DNA of 64,000 nucleotides, taken from positions 918-64,917 of the forward strand of contig JBBKXD010000087.1 in the NCBI GenBank assembly GCA_037969295.1. Reading direction: 5' to 3'. This DNA comes from Pyrinomonadaceae bacterium. Lineage in GTDB: Bacteria > Acidobacteriota > Blastocatellia > Pyrinomonadales > Pyrinomonadaceae. Shown one piece after another: positions 19,711 through 28,396 of this stretch (within the stretch, counting starts at the first letter, position 1; every line of letters begins with the position of its first letter). The notes below the pieces were generated by a model, which was not told the DNA's origin, searched no databases, and saw nothing but the letters and a program-made list of their open reading frames with translations. Made by a program: the position numbers and the translations under genes.

Positions 19711-19726
19711 CGGCACGGCGGTTGCA
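19711..19726 (+). promoter_or_regulatory. sigma54-type promoter, near consensus
   Basis: CGGCAC-GGCGG-TTGCA (10 of 11 fixed positions), ~110 nt upstream of gnd. Confidence 0.55.
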
Positions 19727-19834
19727 TGCCATCAATACTAAACAGCGGGTGGAAAAGAGAATACTCGCACGTGAGGCGTTTTTTCATCGTAATATCGGAT
19801 CACGCCTGTTACCAGTATGAATGGAGGTTAACCT

Positions 19835-20737
19835 ATGCAATGCGGAATGATTGGATTGGGACAAATGGGCGGCAATATGGCGCGCCGGCTGCTACGCGGC
19901 GGGCACGATGTTGTTGTCAGCAACCGAAGCCACGAACCTGTTGAAGAACTTAAAGCGGAAGGTGCGGTGGGAGCCTCCTCTGTTAAAGATCTGGTTGAAA
20001 AACTAGAAACCCCGCGCGCAGTTTGGGTCTCGCTGCCATCGGGCGAGGTGACGGAGAACACCCTAAATCAGCTCAAGTCGCTCCTGACGCACGGTGACGT
20101 GATCGTGGACTCAGGAAACTCCTTTTACAAGGACACGCTCCGGCGAGGTGTGCAGCTCAAAGAAAGTGGACTCGATCTGCTGGACCAGGGAACGAGCAGC
20201 GGCATTTGGGGGCTAGACAACGGCTTCTGTCTGATGATCGGCGGAGAGCGAGCAAGTTTCGAGTATTTGGAACCTGCCTTCAAAACTCTTGCACCTCTGG
20301 AGGGCTATCTTTACACCGGTTCGAGCGGCTCAGGGCACTTCGTGAAAATGGTTCACAACGGTATTGAATACGGGATGCTTGAGGCATACGGCGAAGGCTT
20401 TGAGATTCTCAAGTCGTCCAATTTCGAGTCGCTCGATCTGCCGGCGATCGCGCATTTGTGGAATCAGGGCAGCGTCGTCAGATCGTGGCTGCTCGAATTG
20501 GCGGAAAGCGCGTTCCGTAAAGATCCGGCTCTTGCGTCAATTCGGGGCTATGTGGAGGATTCCGGTGAAGGCCGATGGACGGTACTCGAATCACTTGAGA
20601 GAAATGTTCCCGCTCCAGTTCTGGCTCTCTCGCTTATGATGCGGTTTCGTTCGCGGCAGGATGAGAGTTTCAGCGCCAAGGTTATCGCCGCCTTACGCAA
20701 TGAATTCGGGGGCCACGCGGTGAGGCTGGCCGAATAA
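19835..20737 (+). CDS. gnd: 6-phosphogluconate dehydrogenase (decarboxylating), short ~300-aa form
   Basis: MIGLGQMGGNMARRL Rossmann motif, GSGHFVKMVHNGIEYG and a RSWLLE... C-domain. Confidence 0.85.
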   Translation: MQCGMIGLGQMGGNMARRLLRGGHDVVVSNRSHEPVEELKAEGAVGASSVKDLVEKLETPRAVWVSLPSGEVTENTLNQLKSLLTHGDVIVDSGNSFYKDTLRRGVQLKESGLDLLDQGTSSGIWGLDNGFCLMIGGERASFEYLEPAFKTLAPLEGYLYTGSSGSGHFVKMVHNGIEYGMLEAYGEGFEILKSSNFESLDLPAIAHLWNQGSVVRSWLLELAESAFRKDPALASIRGYVEDSGEGRWTVLESLERNVPAPVLALSLMMRFRSRQDESFSAKVIAALRNEFGGHAVRLAE

Positions 20738-20817
20738 AATACGCGATTCACGAGTCGAGAAGGCTCAAGGTCGGAAAACAATTTTCGTTTAGACAGTTAG
20801 TAAATAAGGAGAAAAAA

Positions 20818-21201
20818 ATGAGTTGTTGTAGTGATGTAATGGAACCAATCGAAGCGGCTTCGTGCTGCACGCCGAAGAATTCGGCGGCTGACGCCGCCCA
20901 GGCAATGAAACATTCAGGTTGCGGGTGCTCACCTGTAGTCGAGGATAAGGAAAGTCTCAATCTTGTCGGTGTCGTCACCGAGCGCGATATTACCCACAGT
21001 GTGGCGGCAGGAGACCGCCTTGCTTCCGAGGTGCGCGTTGAAGAGATCATGCAACCCGTGTCTTCGTGTTGCGGGGCGGATGAGCCAGTTGAAGAGGCGC
21101 GCCGAAAGCTTAATGAGCATCGTGCTACCAGCTTACCAGTGGTGGACAAGGCGGGCAGTTGTTGCGGCACCGTCAGTGCCCATGGCTTGGACATGAAGTA
21201 G
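20818..21201 (+). CDS. CBS-pair domain protein, unusually Cys-rich
   Basis: LVGVVTERDI and SLPVVDKAG CBS strands. There are 10 Cys in 127 aa arranged as doublets (SCC, SCC, CGC, SCC, SCC). Confidence 0.8.
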   Translation: MSCCSDVMEPIEAASCCTPKNSAADAAQAMKHSGCGCSPVVEDKESLNLVGVVTERDITHSVAAGDRLASEVRVEEIMQPVSSCCGADEPVEEARRKLNEHRATSLPVVDKAGSCCGTVSAHGLDMK

Positions 21202-21400
21202 AGCCCCGGGTGCCAACATTTGAGAATGCGAGGGGCCATTTTGCGAAACTGTCCCCGCCACCGAGCAATAGGCAGTGGCGGTGATGTTATGTCTTTTTCG
21301 ACGCGTAAATTGGTCCTTTTGAGCACGGTTATTATGTGCGCAAAATCCCGCCAACCCTAAGTTTGGGACGGCGGGCAATTACAAAAGGAGAACAATAACA

Positions 21401-22195
21401 ATGTTACAGATTATTAGTGATTTAGACGGCCGCAAGATTCACGCTGCCGATGGCGAGATCGGGAGCGTAGAGCAGTTTTTTTTCGATGACGAGACCTGGA
21501 CAGTCAGATATCTCGTCGTTGATACCGGCAACTGGCTTCCAGGAAAAGAAGTATTGATATCGCCGATCGCGGTTGGTGAGATAGACTCCGTAGCACGCGA
21601 GTTTATTGTGTCACTGACGAAGGAGCAGGTCGAAAATAGCCCGGGTATAGAAACAGATAAGTCGGTTTCACGACAGCACGAAGCTGAGTACAACAGTTAC
21701 TATGGCTACACGGACTATTGGGGTGGCGGCGGTCTATGGGGCTTGGGGGCATACCCGTCTGGCCTTTACACGATGGGCTATCCTGATCGACTCGGAGTGG
21801 CGACGGGCTACGCGGCTACACCCGCGCTGGGGCCGGAGAAAGCAAAACCGGAGGAAGAAGGTGATCCACATTTGCGCTCCACAAAGGCAGTGACCGGGTC
21901 CAACATAGAGGCTAAGGATGGCGGGATCGGCCATGTCGAAGACTTTATCATTGATGACAAAACATGGGCGATCCGGTTCCTGGTTGTTGACACCGTTAAC
22001 TGGTGGCCGGGCAAAAAGGTGATCGTGGCCCCGCAGTGGATCGAAAGCGTCAGTTGGGATCAATCAAAAGTTTTTGTGAACCTGACGAAGGAAAGTATTA
22101 AGAACGCGCCGGAGTATTTCCCTAGTGCGATAGTCAATCAAGCCTACGAGGAGAGCCTATACAATCACTACGGCATGTCAAAATACGGCTACTGA
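21401..22195 (+). CDS. PRC-barrel domain protein (two PRC barrels joined by a Gly/Tyr-rich linker)
   Basis: Repeated G.IG.VE.F..DD.TW.VRYLVVDTGNWLPGK / IGHVEDFIIDDKTWAIRFLVVDTVNWWPGKK modules. Confidence 0.75.
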   Translation: MLQIISDLDGRKIHAADGEIGSVEQFFFDDETWTVRYLVVDTGNWLPGKEVLISPIAVGEIDSVAREFIVSLTKEQVENSPGIETDKSVSRQHEAEYNSYYGYTDYWGGGGLWGLGAYPSGLYTMGYPDRLGVATGYAATPALGPEKAKPEEEGDPHLRSTKAVTGSNIEAKDGGIGHVEDFIIDDKTWAIRFLVVDTVNWWPGKKVIVAPQWIESVSWDQSKVFVNLTKESIKNAPEYFPSAIVNQAYEESLYNHYGMSKYGY

Positions 22196-22273
22196 GGGAA
22201 TGCGAATACCGATTTCTTTATATAGGATCCTGCGGACATGCGTCGGGGTTGGTGAACGGGAAATAGGAGGCGG

Positions 22274-22720
22274 ATGATGCTTATCGGACTTGCAGCAGAT
22301 CATGCGGGATTTGCCTTGAAGGAACTACTGGCCAAAGCACTGCGTGAGTCCGGACACGAAGTCGTGGATTTCGGCTCGTCCGATCTAGCTCCGGAGGACG
22401 ATTATCCCGATTACGTCGTGCCCCTGGCCAGGAATGTTGCCGATGGTACGGTTGAACGCGGGTTGGCGATCTGCGGAAGTGGGGTTGGGGCATCTATCGC
22501 CGCCAACAAGGTGAAAGGAGTGCGGGCAGGACTGGTTCACGAAATCTTTTCCGCTCACCAGGGTGTCGAAGACGATGACATGAACGTGATCTGTTTTGGC
22601 GGCAGCGTACTAGGTTTTGCGCTCGCCATGGAATTAGCTGAAGCTTTCCTGGCTGCCCGTTTCAAAAACGAAGAGCGCCATCAGCGACGGCTGAGAAAGG
22701 TGGCTGCCCTGGAAGGTTGA
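22274..22720 (+). CDS. rpiB: ribose-5-phosphate isomerase B (RpiB/LacAB family)
   Basis: IGLAADHAGFALKE...GLAICGSGVGASIAANKVKGVRA, ~148 aa. Confidence 0.85.
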   Translation: MMLIGLAADHAGFALKELLAKALRESGHEVVDFGSSDLAPEDDYPDYVVPLARNVADGTVERGLAICGSGVGASIAANKVKGVRAGLVHEIFSAHQGVEDDDMNVICFGGSVLGFALAMELAEAFLAARFKNEERHQRRLRKVAALEG

Positions 22721-22814
22721 GTTATCAAGATGGATCGCGAATTTAAAGTTGCAGGTAACGGGATCTCCGCAAAAACTGACTCCGGTACGACAAAGACCGT
22801 CAATAAGGGCTATT

Positions 22815-23738
22815 ATGACCGACCAGATCCGAAGAATTCTCGAATGTTACCGGGGTGAAAATACCGGTGTATTGACAAATCTATCCCGGATACTCAATCA
22901 TGGCCGACTCGCAGGCACTGGCCGTATGATTATACTGCCAGTCGACCAAGGGTTCGAGCATGGCCCCGCACGAAGTTTCGCTCCAAATCCGCCCTCATAC
23001 GATCCAGCTTACCATTTCCAACTTGCGATAGACGCGGGCCTGAACGCGCATGCGGCATTGCTCGGATCTCTCGAAGCGGTCGCTGCGGAGTTCGCGGGCG
23101 AAATTCCACTGATTCTCAAACTTAACAGTCACGATCTTTTGCATCCGGAGGAGGACCCGCTAGGTGCTCAAACGGCGTCCGTCGCCGATGCTCTCCGGCT
23201 TGGTTGCGTGGCAATCGGTTACACAATTTACCCGGGCACAGCGGAGAGGCGAATCCAATATGAGCAATTACGAGAACTGTCCGAGGAAGCAAAGGCGGCC
23301 GGACTTGTCGTGGTCGTCTGGGCTTATCCTCGCGGTGGAGGATTGAGCAAAGAGGGTGAAACGGCTCTTGATGTGACCGCCTACGCTGCCCAAATTGCGG
23401 CCCAACTTGGCGCACATATTATCAAAGTAAAATTACCCAGCGCGCACCTTGAACTTAAGGAAGCCAGAAAGGTTTACGAAGAACAGCATATACCGCGCGA
23501 AACGCTGACAGAACGGGTGCGGCATGTGGTGCAAAGCGCGTTCAACGGACGGCGAATCGTGATCTTCTCCGGTGGGGCCAGGATAGATGATGCGGCACTC
23601 CTGGATGAGGCCCGCTCGATCCACGCCGGCGGTGGTTTCGGATCGATCATAGGCCGCAATTCGTTCCAACGGGATCGACCGGCGGCTCTGAACATACTGG
23701 ATCAGATAATCCGCATTTACAAAGGGGATACGCCGTGA
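22815..23738 (+). CDS. class I fructose-bisphosphate aldolase, DhnA/FbaB (archaeal-type) family
   Basis: LPVDQGFEHGP, GYTIYPG and IIKVKLP (Schiff-base Lys region). The start is taken at MTDQIRRILE rather than the longer ORF. Confidence 0.78.
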   Translation: MTDQIRRILECYRGENTGVLTNLSRILNHGRLAGTGRMIILPVDQGFEHGPARSFAPNPPSYDPAYHFQLAIDAGLNAHAALLGSLEAVAAEFAGEIPLILKLNSHDLLHPEEDPLGAQTASVADALRLGCVAIGYTIYPGTAERRIQYEQLRELSEEAKAAGLVVVVWAYPRGGGLSKEGETALDVTAYAAQIAAQLGAHIIKVKLPSAHLELKEARKVYEEQHIPRETLTERVRHVVQSAFNGRRIVIFSGGARIDDAALLDEARSIHAGGGFGSIIGRNSFQRDRPAALNILDQIIRIYKGDTP

Positions 23739-23763
23739 GATTGGATGAAGACAAGCTGCCGTA

Positions 23764-24060
23764 ATGGAAACAGAAGCAACCGTAATCTTGCTTTTCATAG
23801 TGGCCACCACTCTGGTGATCGCGGTTCGGCGGCTGGCCGTTCCGTACACGGTGGCACCGCTCTTCGCCGGACTCGCATTGCAGCTGTTTAATGGTTTTGA
23901 AGCGCCTCATCTGACCAAAACCCTGCTTTTCAGCCTCTTTCTGCCGGGTTTGCCATCAAGGCCGTATTTCACATTGAGTTTGAACAATTCAGGCGAAATC
24001 GCCTCGCCATTTCTTGGCTTGCAATACCTGGCATAATGGCACCAATCGGGAGGCAGTATT
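23764..24060 (+). pseudogene. N-terminal remnant of a cation:proton antiporter gene (frameshifted and truncated)
   Basis: The ORF gives ILLFIVATTLVIAVRRLAVPYTVAPLFAGLAL...LFLPGL. The expected continuation FHIEFEQFRRNRLAISWLAIPG is in another frame, and the gene then ends at pgm. Confidence 0.45.
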
Positions 24061-24100
24061 CCTGCCTAAACGTGAAATATGAGAACGTGAGGAGGGAAAC

Positions 24101-25834
24101 ATGATAATCAGCCCTTTTGCGGGAAAGCCCCCAGTACCCGCCATGCTGGTCAATGTACCTAAATTGATCACCGCTTATTATACCGAAGTTCCCGATCCCC
24201 ACATGCCTGAGCAACGGGTGTCGTTCGGCACGTCCGGGCACCGGGGTTCCGCCTTCGACAGGGCATTTAACGAGAGGCACATCCTGGCTATCAGTCAGGC
24301 TATTTGCTTGTATCGAAAGCAGCAAAAGATCGACGGCCCGTTGTTTCTCGGCATGGATACCCATGCCCTCTCCGTTCCCGCTCTCGCGAGCGCTCTGGAA
24401 GTTCTTGCAGCCAACGGAGTGGAAGTTATGCTGGCGGAGGGTGATGAGTATACGCCGACCCCTGCGATCTCCCATGCGATCCTGACATATAACAAGGACC
24501 GGAATACAGGCCTCGCGGATGGCATTGTAATAACGCCTTCTCATAATCCGCCCCATGACGGAGGCTTCAAATACAACCCTCCTCATGGCGGTCCGGCGGA
24601 CGGCGGCGTTACGAATTGGATCGAAGCGAAGGCCAACGAATTTTTGGAGAATGATCTTCGCGGATTGAAAAGGATTTCTTTCGCGAAAGCAGTTCGTTCC
24701 TCGACGACGCATCGGCATGACTATATAGGTGCCTACACGAACGATCTCAATGCAGTATTGGACATGGAGGCCATTCGCGGAGCCGATATTAGTCTTGGTG
24801 TGGATCCGCTTGGGGGCGCCGGAGTCCACTATTGGAGCCGGATTGCGGAGCGTTATAAGTTGAATCTCACCGTTGTGAGTGAGATCGTCGATCCGACTTT
24901 CCGCTTCATGACGGTTGATTGGGACGGCCAGATCCGCATGGACCCGTCATCGTCCTACACAATGACCAAGTTGATCGGGATGAAGGATCGTTTTGATATT
25001 GCTTTTGCGTGTGACACAGACCATGACCGGCACGGGATCGTTACCAAAAGCATGGGGCTGCTTCCGCCTAATCACTATCTTTCCGCCGCCGTCTATTACC
25101 TCTTTCGGCACCGCCCAAAATGGCACGCAGAAGCGCTGGTTGGCAAGACGGTGGTGAGCAGCCGGATGATAGATCATGTTGCAGAGAAACTTGGCCGGAA
25201 GCTATACGAGGTTCCGGTCGGTTTCAAATGGTTCGTTGACGGTTTGCTCGACGGCTCTCTTGCCTTTTGTGGCGAGGAAAGCGCGGGCGCCTCCATTCTC
25301 CGCCTAGATGGCAGCGTTTGGACGACGGATAAAGACGGCATTGTTATGGGTCTGCTCGCGGCGGAGATGACTTCAAAGAGCGGACGCGATCCGGGAGAAG
25401 TCTATGTAGAACTGACAAGTGATCTAGGCGATCCGGTTTACGAACGCATTGACGCACCCGCGACCCCATCGCAAAAAGCGATTCTGCAACGACTCTCGCC
25501 GGATCAAGTCAAAAGTTCAGAATTGGCCGGAGAAAGAATCATAGAGAGACGAACAACCGCACCTGGCAACGGAGCGGCGTTAGGAGGACTGAAAGTTACT
25601 ACTGAGAACGGCTGGTTTGCGGCGCGTCCGTCCGGAACGGAGGACGTTTACAAGATTTATGCCGAGAGTTTCCTTAATACTGCTCACCTGCGGCGGATCC
25701 AAGCCGAGGCTCAGACACTCGTCGACGACATTCTCACCGGGCAACGACCAAGAACAAAAGGAGGCCCGAAAGAGATTGCACCAACGGCTGACCCCAAGCC
25801 TACCAAGCTCTCGACCGTTAGAGGGGGTAACTAG
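24101..25834 (+). CDS. pgm: phosphoglucomutase, alpha-D-glucose-phosphate specific
   Basis: TPSHNPPHDGGFKYN active-site loop, GVDPLGGAG and GEESAGAS motifs, 577 aa. Confidence 0.9.
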   Translation: MIISPFAGKPPVPAMLVNVPKLITAYYTEVPDPHMPEQRVSFGTSGHRGSAFDRAFNERHILAISQAICLYRKQQKIDGPLFLGMDTHALSVPALASALEVLAANGVEVMLAEGDEYTPTPAISHAILTYNKDRNTGLADGIVITPSHNPPHDGGFKYNPPHGGPADGGVTNWIEAKANEFLENDLRGLKRISFAKAVRSSTTHRHDYIGAYTNDLNAVLDMEAIRGADISLGVDPLGGAGVHYWSRIAERYKLNLTVVSEIVDPTFRFMTVDWDGQIRMDPSSSYTMTKLIGMKDRFDIAFACDTDHDRHGIVTKSMGLLPPNHYLSAAVYYLFRHRPKWHAEALVGKTVVSSRMIDHVAEKLGRKLYEVPVGFKWFVDGLLDGSLAFCGEESAGASILRLDGSVWTTDKDGIVMGLLAAEMTSKSGRDPGEVYVELTSDLGDPVYERIDAPATPSQKAILQRLSPDQVKSSELAGERIIERRTTAPGNGAALGGLKVTTENGWFAARPSGTEDVYKIYAESFLNTAHLRRIQAEAQTLVDDILTGQRPRTKGGPKEIAPTADPKPTKLSTVRGGN

Positions 25835-25836
25835 AG

Positions 25837-26523
25837 ATGCCGTCAAATTCTGTAACATTCCTCTTTGACGTGGACAACACGCTGTTGGACAACGATCGGG
25901 TCACAAGCGATCTACGCCGCCATCTGAGGAAAGAGGTTGGGCCGGAACATAGTCGGCATTACTGGGAGATTTTCGAGCGGCTGCGGGCGGAACTCGGCTA
26001 CGCGGATTATCTAGGTGCGTTGCAACGCTATCGGATCGAACATTCGAGCAATCCCAATCTACTTGCAGTTTCTTACTTCTTACTAAATTACCCGTTCGCT
26101 GACCGCCTTTATCCGACTTCGCGCGATGTGATCGAACACTACCGTCAGTGGGGCCAGGTCGTCATCCTCTCGGACGGCGACGCCGTTTTCCAGCCGCTCA
26201 AGATCCAACGCTCGGGGATCTTCGACGCGGTTGAGGGCAACGTCCTTATTTACATTCATAAAGAGCTTGAGCTCGGTGATGTCGCTCGTCGGTATCCGGC
26301 GGAGCATTATGTCATGGTCGATGATAAGCTGCGTCTCCTTGCGGACTTCAAGAAGGCGTGGGGAAAGAGAGTGACCACGGTCTTTCCACGGCAGGGGCAC
26401 TATGCTAACGACCCCGCAATTCTGACGAAGTACCAGCCTGCCGACATTGGCATCGATCACATTGGTGACCTCTTAAAATACGAGTTGGGTTCATTAGTTG
26501 AAGCCGGATTTGGCGGCAAGTGA
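25837..26523 (+). CDS. HAD-superfamily hydrolase
   Basis: FLFDVDNTLLDND motif I and SDGD/VDDK later motifs. It starts 3 nt after the pgm stop. Confidence 0.7.
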   Translation: MPSNSVTFLFDVDNTLLDNDRVTSDLRRHLRKEVGPEHSRHYWEIFERLRAELGYADYLGALQRYRIEHSSNPNLLAVSYFLLNYPFADRLYPTSRDVIEHYRQWGQVVILSDGDAVFQPLKIQRSGIFDAVEGNVLIYIHKELELGDVARRYPAEHYVMVDDKLRLLADFKKAWGKRVTTVFPRQGHYANDPAILTKYQPADIGIDHIGDLLKYELGSLVEAGFGGK

Positions 26524-26587
26524 CACTTCAAACCGGTCGTTGCGGAATAATGCCAAGCATAACTTAATTGTCAAACAAGGGAAATTT

Positions 26588-27061
26588 ATGAAAATTTTAA
26601 TTGCAACGGACGGATCGGCTTTCAGTAGGGCGGCGATAGACGCTTGCCGAAACATTATCGCTGACCCTAAACACACCAGTATTAAATTGATTTCGGTAAC
26701 TGAAGATCCGTCACCTATCGGCCCGGACCCGTTCACGACGTCGCCAGAATACCCGAACGAGATGGAGCAAGCATTGAACCAACAGGCAAAGAAGATCCTG
26801 CAGCAAGCTAAATCACAAATCAAAACGACATTTTCACAGTCCATTTCTGATTTGACGACGGAACTTGCAATGGGTTCACCGGCGCGTGTCATTGTCAACA
26901 GGGCGCGGGAATGGGCGGCTGATCTAATTGTGGTTGGCTCGCACGGCGCGGGCTTTTGGTCGCGCATGTTGCTCGGTTCCGTTTCAAATTCGGTTGTGCA
27001 TCATGCCCCTTGTTCGGTTTTGGTCGCGCGAGCAGAAACGGATCCTTATGACCCGGCTTAA
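26588..27061 (+). CDS. universal stress protein (single UspA domain)
   Basis: MKILIATDGS...ADLIVVGSHGAGFWSRMLLGSVSNSVVHHAPCSVLVAR. The start is taken at an internal ATG after an RBS-like ggga. Confidence 0.85.
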   Translation: MKILIATDGSAFSRAAIDACRNIIADPKHTSIKLISVTEDPSPIGPDPFTTSPEYPNEMEQALNQQAKKILQQAKSQIKTTFSQSISDLTTELAMGSPARVIVNRAREWAADLIVVGSHGAGFWSRMLLGSVSNSVVHHAPCSVLVARAETDPYDPA

Positions 27062-27488
27062 TGAGTCGTGATCATAAATGAGGAATTAACGCTTCCGGCA
27101 TTAGCCTCTCAACACTTCAGAGACGCCCGACATCGGATTCGACTTGTGCCGCTCCTCCCGTTGCGGCTTCGTCTACTCAAACGAGTCTAGTAACCACGAG
27201 TAAAGCTGTCGATTTGAGTCACTCGGGTTCGTTTCCCGACCGAATTTTCCATTGCTTTCGTCAGTTTTTCTCTTCCAGACCGAATAATATCCCGGCGCGC
27301 GCTTTCCTATATCGAAATCAATTGAGAGGAAATTTCCTGGACGTTTGTTGAATCGCTATTCTTGCTCAATTTTTCACTCGAAACGATTCATGAAAGTTAA
27401 GTTATATGACACATTACACGGGTGAAAATCCTCAACCGTCATTCTGCCGGCACTGCTCTTTGGGCAACAAAACAGGGCCTTTTCAGCT

Positions 27489-27504
27489 TGGCACGTTCAT
27501 TGCA
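27489..27504 (+). promoter_or_regulatory. sigma54 (-24/-12) promoter, exact consensus
   Basis: TGGCAC-GTTCA-TTGCA, and the 18-nt core cttggcacgttcattgca is identical to the copy at 43642-43659. It lies inside the 5' extension of ORF 27422-28285, so the real start is probably at 27623. Confidence 0.75.
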
Positions 27505-27622
27505 TCTTTCTTCTGTGGCTGACTGCCGAAATGATGAGAGATTTTTGTTCGTTAGCAGTGGCGGCAAGGAAATAGTTTTTCCGGTTTCGGCGGATAAAAG
27601 TAAATCGAAAGGAACGTATCAA

Positions 27623-28285
27623 ATGTGTTTTTCAGCACCAGCCAGTTTCATTGCTGGCACCGCTCTATCCGTGATCGGTGTCGCGGCGCTTAGGAAAACG
27701 AGAGCGAAATCGGAGATACCGTTCGCGATGATACCGTTTCTGTTTGGAATCCAACAGTTGACCGAGGGCGTAATTTGGCTGACGTTCAGCTATGACGCAC
27801 CGCTACTGAGGCAGACCATGACGTATGTATATTCGGGTTTCTCTCATGTTTTATGGCCGATTTACGTGCCGTTCGCCATGGGAATAATGGAAGCCGTGCC
27901 TTGGCGTAAAAAGGCAATCTTCGCGTTCTTGGTCCCGGGTGTTGCGGTGGGTTTATATCTTCTTTATTACATTGTGGCAACTCCGATGGTCGCAAAAGTT
28001 GTTGGCAAGCACATCGTTTACGATTCGCCGCACTTCTATATACTTCCGGTAATGATTTTCTACCTTGCCGCAACGTGTGTTAGCTGCTTCTTTTCGAGTC
28101 ACGGGTTCGTGAAACTGTTTGGCGGTTTGATGTTGTTGTCATTCATCGCGGCATACATCATTCACGTTTGGGCGTTGGTCTCGATTTGGTGCTTCTTCGC
28201 GGCGATCTTGAGTCTTCTTATCTATCTTCACCTTAGATTTAGAGATTTAGGAGGGTTCCCAAGGAATGAAGTGGTTTCAGCGTAA
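27623..28285 (+). CDS. polytopic membrane protein of unknown function (resembles DUF6629 from memory)
   Basis: About 6 predicted TM helices from MCFSAPASFIAGTALSVIG. No catalytic motif was recognised. Confidence 0.5.
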   Translation: MCFSAPASFIAGTALSVIGVAALRKTRAKSEIPFAMIPFLFGIQQLTEGVIWLTFSYDAPLLRQTMTYVYSGFSHVLWPIYVPFAMGIMEAVPWRKKAIFAFLVPGVAVGLYLLYYIVATPMVAKVVGKHIVYDSPHFYILPVMIFYLAATCVSCFFSSHGFVKLFGGLMLLSFIAAYIIHVWALVSIWCFFAAILSLLIYLHLRFRDLGGFPRNEVVSA

Positions 28286-28396
28286 CAGGTGTCTGCTGAG
28301 GTGAATTTCAAACCGTTCTAAGAGAATCAAGATGAAGAAAACGGTTAAAGAACAATTGGAAAATGAGCCGTCCCGGAAGGGATCGGAAACCATATT

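Noticed and set aside
21364-21379. TGGGAC-GGCGG-GCAAT upstream of the PRC-barrel gene
   Set aside because: The -12 GC is out of register (AA at the required positions), so the resemblance to a sigma54 site is superficial.
23969-24829. 286-aa minus-strand ORF
   Set aside because: Entirely antisense to phosphoglucomutase, which has unmistakable motifs. Its Arg-rich, low-complexity translation is typical of a shadow ORF. The same reasoning applies to 20748-21326, 26494-26967, 31742-32248, 33439-33861, 39836-40393, 40159-40770, 48610-49191, 56742-57620 and 63183-63728.
27422-27622. 5' extension of the membrane-protein ORF (start at 27422)
   Set aside because: An exact sigma54 promoter lies inside it at 27489-27504. 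The hydrophobic protein text begins only at Met68 (27623), which has a plausible RBS.
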